64,000 nucleotides of DNA. Origin: Deltaproteobacteria bacterium. GTDB lineage: Bacteria > Desulfobacterota > Anaeroferrophillalia > Anaeroferrophillales > Tharpellaceae. Each line of letters starts with the position of its first letter. The stretch's first letter is position 1. Where the stretch lies: positions 2,623 through 66,622 of the forward strand of contig JAFGVI010000063.1 of the NCBI GenBank assembly GCA_016938065.1, read 5' to 3'. The position numbers were made by a program, and so were the translations under genes. The notes under the pieces were generated by a model. It made no database searches, had not been told where the DNA came from, and worked only from the letters and a program-made list of their open reading frames with translations. Below are positions 36,929 through 46,890 of the stretch, piece by piece.

Positions 36929-37585
36929 ATGTTTACCGGCATAATTGAAGAGACAGGTGCAGTCATCAGCTCGAATCTGAGCGGAGGCTCCGGGATCCTG
37001 CGGCTTGAAGCGGCCCTCATTCCTGAAGATTGTCGCCCTGGTGACAGTATTGCCGTCAACGGCGTCTGCCTGACGGTTACCAGTCTCGGCCGCCGGCAGA
37101 TAAGTTTCGATGTCTCGGCTGAAACTCTGCGCCGCTCCAGTCTCGGCGGCCTGAAAAGAGGTGAACGGGTAAATCTGGAACGGGCCTTGGCCGCCAATGG
37201 TCGTTTCGGCGGCCATCTGGTTTCCGGTCACATTGACGGAACCGGCACTCTCATTAAACGCCAGCCGGAGGGTAATGCGATCATTTTCACCTTCAGTGCG
37301 CCGCCCAATATCACCCGCTACCTGATAGAGAAGGGTTCTATCGCCATTGACGGCATCAGCCTGACCATCATGCAGCTGAGCGGACAGAACTTTTCGGTTG
37401 CCGTAATTCCGCATTCACTCAAGCTTACCACCTTAGGAGAAAAAGCCGTCGGAGATATTGTGAACCTCGAAAATGATCTGGTTGCCAAATATATCGAAAA
37501 GTTCCTGCAACCCGACATGCGCGGCGCCGCCGACCAGGCCTCAACCCTCAATCTGGATTTGCTGAAAAAGCATGGCTTCGCGTAG
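36929..37585 (+). CDS. ribE: Riboflavin synthase
   Basis: 218 aa, MFTGIIEETG start, two lumazine-binding repeats (SIAVNGVCLTV / SIAIDGISLTI). Confidence 0.9.
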   Translation: MFTGIIEETGAVISSNLSGGSGILRLEAALIPEDCRPGDSIAVNGVCLTVTSLGRRQISFDVSAETLRRSSLGGLKRGERVNLERALAANGRFGGHLVSGHIDGTGTLIKRQPEGNAIIFTFSAPPNITRYLIEKGSIAIDGISLTIMQLSGQNFSVAVIPHSLKLTTLGEKAVGDIVNLENDLVAKYIEKFLQPDMRGAADQASTLNLDLLKKHGFA

Positions 37586-37666
37586 ACGGTTTAATTACAA
37601 ATTTAAAATTACGAATTAAGAACTGACAATTCCTGATTCAATTTTCATTAACAGGAACATAGAGAT

Positions 37667-38899
37667 ATGGTTATTTCACGGATTGAACATGCACTAAATG
37701 AGATCAAAGCCGGAAAAATGGTTATTCTGGTTGATGACGAAGATCGCGAAAATGAGGGCGATCTGGTCATGGCGGCGGAAAAAGCCACTCCGGAAGCAGT
37801 TAATTTCATGGCGACCCACGGTCGCGGCCTGATCTGTCTGACCCTGACGGAAGAGCGCGCCGATTTTCTCAACCTGCCGCCGATGGTCTCCGACAACACC
37901 TCTCAGTATGAAACCGCCTTTACGGTTTCCATCGAGGCGCGCCGGGGAGTAACCACCGGCATCTCGGCCGCCGACCGCTGCCATACCATTCTGACTGCGA
38001 TTGATGAACGCAGCGGCGCCCATGATCTGGCCCGCCCCGGCCATATCTTTCCTTTACGGGCCCGCACCGGCGGCGTCCTGGTTCGCACCGGCCAGACCGA
38101 AGGTTCGGTCGATCTTGCCCGGCTGGCCGGCCTGAAACCGGCTGGAGTCATCTGCGAGATCATGAATGAGGACGGCACCATGGCGCGAATGCCCGAACTT
38201 CGGGTCTTTGCCGACAAACATAATATGAGTATTATTTCGATAGCCGATATCATTGAGTACCGGATGCGCACCGAATCCCTGGTCAAAAAAGCGGTACGGG
38301 CACAACTGCCGACCCGCTACGGAGAATTTGAGATTATTGTCTATGAGAACCAGCTCGATAAACATGAACATCTGGCTCTCGTTAAAGGCGATCTTTCCGG
38401 CGATGAACCGGTTCTGGTGCGGGTCCATTCCGAATGTTTCACCGGCGACACCTTAGGTTCACTGCGCTGCGACTGTGCCGACCAGCTCCATACCGCCATG
38501 CAGCGCATCGAAGAGGAGGGGCGCGGCGCCATTCTCTACATGCGCCAGGAGGGGCGCGGCATCGGTCTGGTCAACAAGCTGCGGGCCTATTGCCTGCAGG
38601 AACACGGCCGCGATACGGTTGAAGCCAACGAAGAACTCGGCTTCAAACCGGATCTGCGCGATTACGGTGTCGGGGCGCAGATGCTGGTAGACCTGGGCTT
38701 AAAAAAAATCCGCCTGCTCACCAATAACCCGACTAAAATCGTCGGCCTGCAAGGCTACGATATCGAGATTGTCGAACGGGTGCAACTTGAATGTGCCCCC
38801 AATGCCAACAACCTCTGTTACCTGCAGACCAAGCGGGAAAAGATGGGACACCTGCTCGATCAGGTTCCGGAACATAAAGAAGACCTGCCAACCAAATAA
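37667..38899 (+). CDS. ribBA: Bifunctional 3,4-dihydroxy-2-butanone-4-phosphate synthase / GTP cyclohydrolase II
   Basis: 410 aa. The DHBP synthase half has [13 protein letters not shown]. The GCHII half has [19 protein letters not shown]. Confidence 0.9.
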   Translation: MVISRIEHALNEIKAGKMVILVDDEDRENEGDLVMAAEKATPEAVNFMATHGRGLICLTLTEERADFLNLPPMVSDNTSQYETAFTVSIEARRGVTTGISAADRCHTILTAIDERSGAHDLARPGHIFPLRARTGGVLVRTGQTEGSVDLARLAGLKPAGVICEIMNEDGTMARMPELRVFADKHNMSIISIADIIEYRMRTESLVKKAVRAQLPTRYGEFEIIVYENQLDKHEHLALVKGDLSGDEPVLVRVHSECFTGDTLGSLRCDCADQLHTAMQRIEEEGRGAILYMRQEGRGIGLVNKLRAYCLQEHGRDTVEANEELGFKPDLRDYGVGAQMLVDLGLKKIRLLTNNPTKIVGLQGYDIEIVERVQLECAPNANNLCYLQTKREKMGHLLDQVPEHKEDLPTK

Positions 38900-38914
38900 A
38901 CCGGGAGAAAAATA

Positions 38915-39382
38915 ATGATCACCTTTATCGAAGGATCCCTGAATCAGTGCGGCGACGCCAAGGTCGCCATCATCAACAGTCGTTTTAACAGTTTCATCTG
39001 CGACCGTCTGCAGGAAGGCGCCCTGGACGCATTAAAACGCCACGGCATAACCGATGACGCGGTTACCGTCTATAAAGTTCCAGGAGCTTTTGAAATTCCC
39101 CTGCTCGCTAAAAAGCTGGCGGTTTCCGGTAAATATGACGGCATTGTCTGTCTCGGAGCCGTCATCCGCGGCGACACCCCGCATTTTGACTATGTCGCCT
39201 CTGAAGTCAGTAAAGGAATCGCTGTAACCAGTCTTGAAACCGGAGTACCAGTCGCTTTCGGCATTCTCACCACCAACACGATTGAGCAAGCGATAGAGCG
39301 AGCCGGCAGTAAAGCCGGCAATAAGGGCTGGGATGCCACTGTTACCCTGCTGGAAATGATCGACCTCCTGCGCCAGGTTTAA
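38915..39382 (+). CDS. ribH: 6,7-dimethyl-8-ribityllumazine synthase
   Basis: 155 aa with [24 protein letters not shown] and operon position. Confidence 0.9.
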   Translation: MITFIEGSLNQCGDAKVAIINSRFNSFICDRLQEGALDALKRHGITDDAVTVYKVPGAFEIPLLAKKLAVSGKYDGIVCLGAVIRGDTPHFDYVASEVSKGIAVTSLETGVPVAFGILTTNTIEQAIERAGSKAGNKGWDATVTLLEMIDLLRQV

Positions 39383-39387
39383 AAACA

Positions 39388-39870
39388 ATGGCCAATAAAC
39401 GTCGCAAAGCCCGGGAGGCGGCCCTGCAGATCCTCTACATGCACGATCTCGGCAAGCCGGAAAAATTGCCCGTCGCAATTCGCCGCTACTGGGAAAATGA
39501 CTGGGTCGTAGAAAGTGACTGCCACCTCTGCACCGAGGATTGCAGAGATCGGGGCAAACCCAAAAGCCGTTTCTCCTCCCCGGTTAACCGTCTGGCCGAG
39601 ATTCCGTTCGCCGAACAGCTGGCCAGTGGTGTTCTTGAGCATCTGAAAGAGATCGACCAGGAGATAGAGGAGCGTTCGCATCACTGGAAATTGAGCCGCA
39701 TGTCTTTTATCGACCGCAATATTTTAAGAATTGCTCTCTATGAACTGATATTCTGCGACGATATCCCCCCCAACGTCTCAATTAACGAGGCCATCGAGGT
39801 TGCCAAAACCTACGGCGATAAAAATTCTGCCGCATTCATTAACGGCATTCTTGATCAGGTAAAGAAATAG
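39388..39870 (+). CDS. nusB: Transcription antitermination factor NusB
   Basis: 160 aa, RRKAREAALQILY start, C-terminal INEAIEVAKTYGDKNSAAFINGILD. Classic ribH-nusB linkage. Confidence 0.85.
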   Translation: MANKRRKAREAALQILYMHDLGKPEKLPVAIRRYWENDWVVESDCHLCTEDCRDRGKPKSRFSSPVNRLAEIPFAEQLASGVLEHLKEIDQEIEERSHHWKLSRMSFIDRNILRIALYELIFCDDIPPNVSINEAIEVAKTYGDKNSAAFINGILDQVKK

Positions 39871-39901
39871 CGGACCAATGAAAATAACGAGCCCTTAACG
39901 T

Positions 39902-39936
39902 AAAAAGCCCGACCGCAAATGCGGCCGGGCTTTTTT
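39902..39936. terminator. Bidirectional intrinsic terminator between convergent nusB and metF-like genes
   Basis: aaaaagcccgaccgc-aaat-gcggccgggctttttt: GC-rich stem with one mismatch, flanked by an A-run and a T-run. Confidence 0.8.
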
Positions 39937-39979
39937 CAGATCAGGCTGGTGAGCCGGGCAAAGCCGCGGCGCCTCATCA

Positions 39980-41521
39980 TCAATCCTTTTTCGCCGGCGG
40001 CTGAATGCCGACTTTTTTAGCCGAATGATCGCGGCCGAGAAAGTAGTTCGCCCAAGATGAAGTATGGAAAAAATCCCAGTTCGGCGGCGGTACCATGTTC
40101 TTTTCGATCTTGCCCTCTTCATCATAATTTTTCAGACGGTCATAAGCCTGCACCCAGACACACTGCTTTTTGTTGGGATAAACTTCGCACCAGCCCTCAA
40201 AGCTGCCGCCGCAGGCGCCGTTGCGCTGATTTTTGGGACACTGTGACATGGGGCAGACATAGGCAACATCAGTCAAAGCGCAGTCGCCGCAGTCCATACA
40301 TTCAAACAGAGCAACCTTCGACATATGTTCCATGAAACGGAAAAAACCGCCATTATCAGCACTCTTGCTCATACCGGTCATGAGACCAAAAAGCGCGCCT
40401 TTGGGCTCAAAACAGACATTGTGCATAAGCCGTGAAAACTTATAGTTGAAGGGCACAACCGGGCGTGAAGTGCGCGGCGCTTCTTCAGAGGTGTTGAGAC
40501 CGGTTTTTTCATCCCGGTTGAAATAGTAAAAGCCGCCTTTCTGCGGGAAATCAAATTTGGCGACCTCATCCTGCCAGTTGGGCAGGAGCTCTTCACCTTT
40601 TTCAATGATGAAGAGGGCATCATCAACCTTCATGCCGTGACCGCCAATATGGACACCATCAAAACCCATGCCTTTCATAAAAGCATACATTTGAGCGCCG
40701 CGCAGGAGACGTGCGCCCTTACCCTTGTCTTCCGCCTGGCGCTCGCCGTCAATAACCTTGACCAGCTCCTTCGTCACCACGCAGCCGGGAATCATATTCT
40801 TGCTCATAACATTTGCGGCCCCGAACGGCAGAATATAAATATTGCCGATAAACGGGACTTCAAAGCCATATTTCTGCTTGATCTGCAGAACTTCATTAAT
40901 CTTGCGCGCGTCATAACCCAGCTGAGTAATGACAAACTGAGCACCGCCGTCAATTTTCTTCTTCAGCTTGTAGTACTGCACCATCTGCTCCGATTCCAGC
41001 CCTTTAAAGGGAGAAACCGCAGCGCCGGCAAAGAAATGAGCCGGCTGCAACTTGATGGTTGAACCGGGTTTCATCCCGGGATACTCGAAACCGTTATTCA
41101 TATCGGTGATCATCTGCAGGATGTGAATCGGATCAAGGTCAAATACCGGCCGCGAACGCCCCTTGTAACCGGAGACCGGATAATCACCCGTCATAACCAG
41201 CAGATTATTCACATTAGCCCGCTCAAGACCATAGAGCAGATTTTCTATCTCATTACGACTCTTATCTTTGCAGGTAAAGTGCACCAGCGGCTCAATCCCC
41301 AGCTTCAAAACCTCAAGACCGAGAAACTCGGCCGAGATCGCCGGATTGCCGCCCGGGTTATCGGTTATGGTCAAGGCATGGATCTTACCGCACTTGGCAG
41401 CATCTTCCGCACTGCGGATAAGCTCTTCCTGACCTTTTTCAACGGCACCGCGACCGGGTACCAGCTCCCAGGTTACCGATAATTCTTTATCAAGCAACGA
41501 CTTTTTAAAAATTTCTCCCAT
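39980..41521 (-). CDS. metF: Methylenetetrahydrofolate reductase fused to a Cys-rich C-terminal (MetV-like) domain
   Basis: ATG at 41521 preceded by GGAGG (the track's 41611 start is a GTG). The MTHFR core has HFTCKDKSRNEIENLLYGL and NLLVMTGDYP. The C-terminus has ECMDCGDCALTDVAYVCPMSQCPKNQRNGACGG. Confidence 0.75.
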   Translation of the reverse strand: MGEIFKKSLLDKELSVTWELVPGRGAVEKGQEELIRSAEDAAKCGKIHALTITDNPGGNPAISAEFLGLEVLKLGIEPLVHFTCKDKSRNEIENLLYGLERANVNNLLVMTGDYPVSGYKGRSRPVFDLDPIHILQMITDMNNGFEYPGMKPGSTIKLQPAHFFAGAAVSPFKGLESEQMVQYYKLKKKIDGGAQFVITQLGYDARKINEVLQIKQKYGFEVPFIGNIYILPFGAANVMSKNMIPGCVVTKELVKVIDGERQAEDKGKGARLLRGAQMYAFMKGMGFDGVHIGGHGMKVDDALFIIEKGEELLPNWQDEVAKFDFPQKGGFYYFNRDEKTGLNTSEEAPRTSRPVVPFNYKFSRLMHNVCFEPKGALFGLMTGMSKSADNGGFFRFMEHMSKVALFECMDCGDCALTDVAYVCPMSQCPKNQRNGACGGSFEGWCEVYPNKKQCVWVQAYDRLKNYDEEGKIEKNMVPPPNWDFFHTSSWANYFLGRDHSAKKVGIQPPAKKD

Positions 41522-41823
41522 GCCTGTACCTCCCTGAAGTGCGCCGATGTACACGGAATCAAACCCCTGGCCGCCAGGCTGCAGAGACCCGAGGGTTCCG
41601 GTATTACTCACCGTCTGGTTTCTATTTATGTATTTTGTCGACCGACAATTAAAAAGCCGCGTCCCTCATACAGTATAATCATACAAAAAACAAGTCCATT
41701 TTCCCGCCTTTTTTGGAGTCGGCAGATTAGAGGCAACACCATTAATTTTCGGCAAAAACAGTGAAAACTACGTTTTTCAAACCCTTGCAGCCGACCCTTT
41801 AGAGGGCTGCTACGGAATAGTAT

Positions 41824-42570
41824 TCAGGAAAGGGCATCATCCCTGAGACTGCGAGCCCCCGGATTACGCTGTTGTTTGAGGACCATATCAATCTCCGGCA
41901 GAGGCAGCCGGGTCAGTGATGCCAGGGTGGCGCTGCGCACCAAAGCCTGGGGACGGTTTTCATAAATATGAAAGCCGTTTTCAAAAAGACCCAGCCTTAT
42001 GGCGGTGGCCGTGGAGTAGGTGGTGACCAAAAGATCGGCCCGGCCCAGCCGTTTCAGCTGCGCAAAATATTCACGGGTCCAGAGACTGTGATTGTGAACC
42101 GGGCTGAAAGGATCGTGGAACACAACATCGACCGGACCTTCCTGCCCGGCCAGCCAGCCGCGGGCTTCAAGCGGAAAGATATCGAGCGAGAGGTTAAATG
42201 ATCTGTAACAATGGTGTTCGGCCAGCGCCCGGATTACCGGGGTTAGCTCTTTAAACTCCTCAGGATAGGGAAAATCAGTCAGACCGGAAAGCAGTTTTGA
42301 GTCATGTTCCGGCGAGAGAACACGAACCGAGCCGGTATAATTTTTCCGGGCCAGATACCAGAGCAGTGCCAGTGTATTGTAACCCAGGCCGAAACAGATA
42401 TCGAGTACGGTAACCCTCTGGCGCCCGGCAATAACATACTCCCAGGCCGGCAGCACATGCTTGAACAGAGCCTCGCTGAAAGCTCCATCTCTGGTCGAGT
42501 GATAATGCTCGCCGACACTTTCACAGTACAGCGTCCGGCTGCCGTCGCCGGTGACAATCTTAGCAGACAA
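41824..42570 (-). CDS. MnmC/MnmD-like SAM-dependent tRNA methyltransferase domain protein (DUF752-type)
   Basis: 248 aa. VTVLDICFGLGYNTLALL and HDPFSPVHNHSLWTREYF resemble the methyltransferase half of MnmC. Confidence 0.55.
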   Translation of the reverse strand: MSAKIVTGDGSRTLYCESVGEHYHSTRDGAFSEALFKHVLPAWEYVIAGRQRVTVLDICFGLGYNTLALLWYLARKNYTGSVRVLSPEHDSKLLSGLTDFPYPEEFKELTPVIRALAEHHCYRSFNLSLDIFPLEARGWLAGQEGPVDVVFHDPFSPVHNHSLWTREYFAQLKRLGRADLLVTTYSTATAIRLGLFENGFHIYENRPQALVRSATLASLTRLPLPEIDMVLKQQRNPGARSLRDDALS

Positions 42571-42988
42571 GAAAACCTCTTGAAATTATAAATTACGAAT
42601 TACGAATTATCGGACACTGATCTGCCTTGAAGAAGATCCGCCTTGAAATAGTAGACAGGTTAAGTCAGCGATACGGGATTGGTTCAAGGGGGAGTTATAA
42701 AACAATTATCGGTTGCTTTGCACCATTTTTTCTGCAATAGTCCAAGAGTGTTGCAAAATTAACGCACAGCGGTTAAAATTGACAGCATTCAACCGATAGA
42801 CAGCTTGACAAGCTGTTAATTTTCCCTGATAGTGGGCGATTTGCGGCATATAACCGCACAAGCTTTTAGCAAAACAGGCTGGCATCATAATTGAAGTGTT
42901 ACAAGCGGCGGCTTGATACAAGAAATTGAGAATCCGTCGATCACCGACCATAAGGGCAGTACCTGCAGAGACTGCCGAGGAGAGCATA

Positions 42989-43432
42989 ATGAAATTAAAA
43001 CAGATCTCAATTTTTCTGGAAAATTCCCCCGGACGACTCTACGAAACGACCCGGGCTTTAGGGGAGGCAGGCATCAACCTGCGGGCCCTGACCTTAAGTG
43101 AAGCGGCAGATTACGGAGTGCTCCGTCTGCTGGTCTCAAATGTCGGCAAGGCCCGCCAGATCATGATGGAAAAACAGTTTCCAGCCCGCGTCGATGAAGT
43201 GGTGGCAGTCGAAATCAAGGATCAGGCCGGCAGCCTGGCCGAGGTGCTGCAACCCCTGATGCAGGAAAATATCAGCGTCCGTTATATGTATGCCTTCAGC
43301 GGCTTCGCCGATAATCGGGCCGTCATGATTTTCAGTTTCTCCGATATTGACAGGGCAATTGAGGTGTTACAGAAAACCGGACAGCATCTGCTGACGGCGA
43401 AAGCCTTCGACATGCTCGACAGTGTCGATTGA
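42989..43432 (+). CDS. ACT domain-containing protein (two ACT repeats)
   Basis: ATG at 42989 after gaggagag. MKLKQISIFLENSPGRLYETTRALGEAGINLRAL and VAVEIKDQAGSLAEVLQPLMQENISV are ACT-type beta-alpha motifs. Confidence 0.7.
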   Translation: MKLKQISIFLENSPGRLYETTRALGEAGINLRALTLSEAADYGVLRLLVSNVGKARQIMMEKQFPARVDEVVAVEIKDQAGSLAEVLQPLMQENISVRYMYAFSGFADNRAVMIFSFSDIDRAIEVLQKTGQHLLTAKAFDMLDSVD

Positions 43433-43512
43433 AAATGATGAGATGCTCCCCAAACCATAAATGACGATACCGGCTCCGCGCAAGCAGAGAACCGGGCAGG
43501 AGGAAACAACTG

Positions 43513-44451
43513 ATGACCGAGAAAAAAGAGTTTAAAAAATTTGCCGTAATCGGAGCCGGCCCCGTCGGCTGTATTGTTGCGGCCTATCTGGCCCATGGCG
43601 GCTATGAGGTCACCCTCTGCGATATCGTTGCCGATCTGGTCAATGTCGCAGCTGACCCCGGCATCAAAATTGACGGCACCGAAGCCCTGGAACAGAAAGT
43701 GAGCCGGGCCATCACCAATATCGACGACCTTGCCAGCGACCCGCCGGATGTCATTATTATCACCGTTAAAGCGACGGTTCTGCACCTGATCGCCTCGGCC
43801 ATCGAAAGTTTTTTTCACAAAGATATGTATGTCGTCAGCTGGCAGAACGGCATCGATACCGAGCTGGTTCTGGCCGAAACCCTAGGCCGCGACAATGTCA
43901 TCCGGGCCGTGGTCAATTACGGCTGCGGTCTGGTTAAACCTGGTCACGTTCACCTGGCTTTTCACCACCCGCCCCATCTGCTGCAGGAGTTGGAGCCTGC
44001 AGGCAAAGCCGCAGCCATCGCCATTGCCGAGGCTTTAACCAGGAGTGGACTGCCGACCGAGAGAACCGAAACCATCGTCGATATGGTCTGGCGTAAGTCA
44101 ATCATGAACGCCTGTATGAATCCGGTCTGTGCCGCAACCGGTCTGACCATGGCTCAAGTCATCCGCGACCCCATCGTCTTTCAGATAGTTGACAATCTGG
44201 TCAAAGAGGGTGTACAGGTGGCGCGCGCCAACGAGATCTCTTTAGGCTGGAACTACTATCCCTACGCCATCGGCTATATGAAAAACGCCGGCGACCATAA
44301 ACCCTCAATGCTGGTTGATATTGAAAATAAAAGACGCACCGAAGTTGACTTTATCAACGGCAAAATTGTCGAATATGGGCGCCAGGCCGGTATCGAGACC
44401 CCTTACAACCTGATGATCAGGGCCCTGGTTAAAGCCCTGGAACCCAAGTAA
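43513..44451 (+). CDS. panE: 2-dehydropantoate 2-reductase (ketopantoate reductase) family
   Basis: 312 aa. Rossmann fold FAVIGAGPVGCIVAAYL, then KPSMLVDIENKRRTEVDFINGKIV typical of ApbA/PanE. Confidence 0.7.
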   Translation: MTEKKEFKKFAVIGAGPVGCIVAAYLAHGGYEVTLCDIVADLVNVAADPGIKIDGTEALEQKVSRAITNIDDLASDPPDVIIITVKATVLHLIASAIESFFHKDMYVVSWQNGIDTELVLAETLGRDNVIRAVVNYGCGLVKPGHVHLAFHHPPHLLQELEPAGKAAAIAIAEALTRSGLPTERTETIVDMVWRKSIMNACMNPVCAATGLTMAQVIRDPIVFQIVDNLVKEGVQVARANEISLGWNYYPYAIGYMKNAGDHKPSMLVDIENKRRTEVDFINGKIVEYGRQAGIETPYNLMIRALVKALEPK

Positions 44452-44464
44452 ACAAAGATTAATT

Positions 44465-45151
44465 ATGGATCGTGATTTTTATCTGCAGTTTCTCAACACC
44501 AGCGCTCAGGATCAGGAGAGTTTCGCCACCCTGAAAACCTTGATTGAAGAACACCTTAACAGTCCGGTTGAGCTGCTGGTACAGATCAAGGGAGAAAACT
44601 CGCTGCCGATTATCACTGCCCGCCTGGAAAAAGGCGGGCGCATCGTCCATCCCCAGGGCGGGATGGCCACCATTCCAGCCTCCTTCGGGGATGATCAGAT
44701 TCGCCTGATTCCGCTATTCATCTATGAAACGGAAAAAATCGAGGGCCGTTTTCTCGACTATGAAGCGGCCCATATCACAGCCCTGCTCGACCGTGAAGGT
44801 GAATATAAGAACTATAAAGAATATTTTCTTAACACCCCAAACAAAAATTCAAGCTACACCAAAAAACTTGCCTTTCTGCAACATATCACCCGCCGCATTC
44901 TGTTTCATGATCAGAGTGCTTTTTTTCTCCTCCATCCCGAGAAAGCCCAGGAAACGGTGCGCTCGCTGGTACTCTATCAACTCGGGGAACGGCTCTCCTG
45001 GTATCTTGATAAACTGGAAATCGAGCGCGAACAGGCCGTGGATGATCTCTGTCTGCTCCTGGATAAGTTTGCCGCCAGCGACCCTTTCTACAAAGATTTC
45101 GATGTCAGTGGCTATTTTCGCCAAACTTTGATCGCCTTAAGTATGTTTTAA
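44465..45151 (+). CDS. Hypothetical protein
   Basis: 228-aa ORF with no motif I recognise. Its stop overlaps the trmFO start (TAATG), suggesting co-translation. Confidence 0.5.
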   Translation: MDRDFYLQFLNTSAQDQESFATLKTLIEEHLNSPVELLVQIKGENSLPIITARLEKGGRIVHPQGGMATIPASFGDDQIRLIPLFIYETEKIEGRFLDYEAAHITALLDREGEYKNYKEYFLNTPNKNSSYTKKLAFLQHITRRILFHDQSAFFLLHPEKAQETVRSLVLYQLGERLSWYLDKLEIEREQAVDDLCLLLDKFAASDPFYKDFDVSGYFRQTLIALSMF

Positions 45152-46485
45152 TGACGAAAATCACCATCATCGGGGCCGGCCTGGCGGGCTGTGAAGCGGC
45201 CTGGCAGCTGGCTCAGCGGCAGATTCCGGTTACCCTGTACGAGATGAAGCCGGAACGGTTCTCGCCGGCCCACACCAATCCCGATCTCGCCGAACTGGTC
45301 TGCTCCAACTCGCTCCGGGCCGAGCCTCCGACGAATGCCGCCGGCCTTTTAAAAGAGGAGATGCGCCGTTTTAACTCTCTGATTATGGCGGCGGCCGAAA
45401 AGACCAGGGTGGCCGCCGGCAATGCCCTGGCGGTCGATCGCGCCGCATTCGCGCGGGAGATTACCGAAAAGATCGAAGCCCATCCGCTGATTACCACGAT
45501 TCGCCGGGAAGTGACGGCCCTGCCGGAAGAGGGTATTGTCATTATCGCCAGCGGCCCTCTGACGTCAGAAGCCCTGGCTTCTGCCCTGACGCCGCTGCTT
45601 GGAGAACGCCTCTATTTTTACGATGCCACGGCCCCAATAGTCGCCGCCGACAGTATTGATTATGCTGTCGCCTTTCGCGCCAACCGCTATGGCGAAGAGG
45701 GGGAGGTGGGAGATTATCTCAACTGCCCCATGGATGAAAAACAATATTCGAAATTTATAGAAACCGTAGCCGAAGGAGATCTGGTCAGAAGTCGGAATTT
45801 CGAGGATGAAAAGGTTTTTGAAGGGTGTATGCCGATTGAGGCGATGGTCGCCCGCGGACCTTTGACCTTAGCTTTCGGCCCGCTTAAACCCAGAGGACTT
45901 AAAGATCCCAGAACCGGTCGTGAAGCCTATGCAACAGTGCAGCTCCGCAGCGAAAATGCTAATAATACCATGTATAACCTGGTCGGCTTTCAGACCCGTC
46001 TGACCTTTCCCTGGCAGGAGAAAATCATTCGTCTGATTCCCGGTCTCGAAAAGGCCGAAATTTTTCGTTTCGGCACCATGCACCGCAATACCTTTATCGA
46101 TGCCCCGCGGATTTTAACCCCCTTTTTTCAGCATAAAAAAGAGAGCCGCGTCTTCTTTGCCGGTCAAATCAGCGGCGTTGAAGGCTACCCCGAATCAACA
46201 GCCTCGGGCCTCATCGTCGGCCTGCAAATTGCGGCCCTGGTCAACAACCAGGAACTTTTCACTTTTCCCAATACCACTGCCTTAGGTGCCTTGAGCACTC
46301 ACATCAGCAATGACCAGAGCCCCAACTTCCAACCCATGAATATCAATTTCGGTCTCGTGCCCCCGTTAGCTGACAAAAAAAGACGTAAACGCGAGCGCAT
46401 TGAGGCCTACGTAGAAAGAGCCCGCCGGGATCTGGAAGGCACCTTTATAAACCTGCCACCTCTGATTCGTCCGAATCTACCATAA
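45151..46485 (+). CDS. trmFO: Methylenetetrahydrofolate--tRNA-(uracil-5-)-methyltransferase
   Basis: 444 aa. ITIIGAGLAGCEAAWQLA FAD fold, then LAELVCSNSLR and FAGQISGVEGYPES typical of TrmFO/Gid. Confidence 0.9.
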   Translation: MTKITIIGAGLAGCEAAWQLAQRQIPVTLYEMKPERFSPAHTNPDLAELVCSNSLRAEPPTNAAGLLKEEMRRFNSLIMAAAEKTRVAAGNALAVDRAAFAREITEKIEAHPLITTIRREVTALPEEGIVIIASGPLTSEALASALTPLLGERLYFYDATAPIVAADSIDYAVAFRANRYGEEGEVGDYLNCPMDEKQYSKFIETVAEGDLVRSRNFEDEKVFEGCMPIEAMVARGPLTLAFGPLKPRGLKDPRTGREAYATVQLRSENANNTMYNLVGFQTRLTFPWQEKIIRLIPGLEKAEIFRFGTMHRNTFIDAPRILTPFFQHKKESRVFFAGQISGVEGYPESTASGLIVGLQIAALVNNQELFTFPNTTALGALSTHISNDQSPNFQPMNINFGLVPPLADKKRRKRERIEAYVERARRDLEGTFINLPPLIRPNLP

Positions 46486-46890
46486 TCACACCCCCCAAAA
46501 AACTGAAAACCGCCCTTATTCGTTTATTCACTTTCATAACCATTCAGAATCTCTATTACAGAATATGCCTCACTATAATAAAACCGAGGTATAAAATAGT
46601 CCTAATACTGAGGGCATCAGCACAACCAAGATACACTAAGATACAACTATTCATAAAATATCCGCAACAATTACATAATCTTAAATAAAATAAGCGCCCA
46701 CACGTAGACATAACAAAAATAATCAGGTATAAATATTTACTTGACATATTATTAATTTTTAATTAAGCGACTTAATCACTGTTTTCACTGGTAGTGATAT
46801 CATCCAGCTAAACTTTGATAATATCTACCAATCGTCCGACGGTAATTTTTTTTCGACAAAGCTTTCTAAACTCAATTTTATTTGAGTCCA

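Noticed and set aside
41522-41823. A possible SAH/SAM-type riboswitch in the metF leader (segments GCCAGG... and ...CGGCGCAC).
   Set aside because: It shows only a fragmentary resemblance to the SAH element consensus. I could not build the required paired regions or pseudoknot by eye, and cmscan would be needed. The hairpin at ~41775-41815 looks like the terminator of the upstream MnmC-like gene.
46556-46747. A 63-aa minus-strand ORF inside the AT-rich spacer after trmFO.
   Set aside because: It is an Ile/Leu/Cys/Tyr-rich translation typical of AT-rich non-coding DNA, with no RBS and no partner genes. The region is better explained as a promoter or island-boundary spacer.
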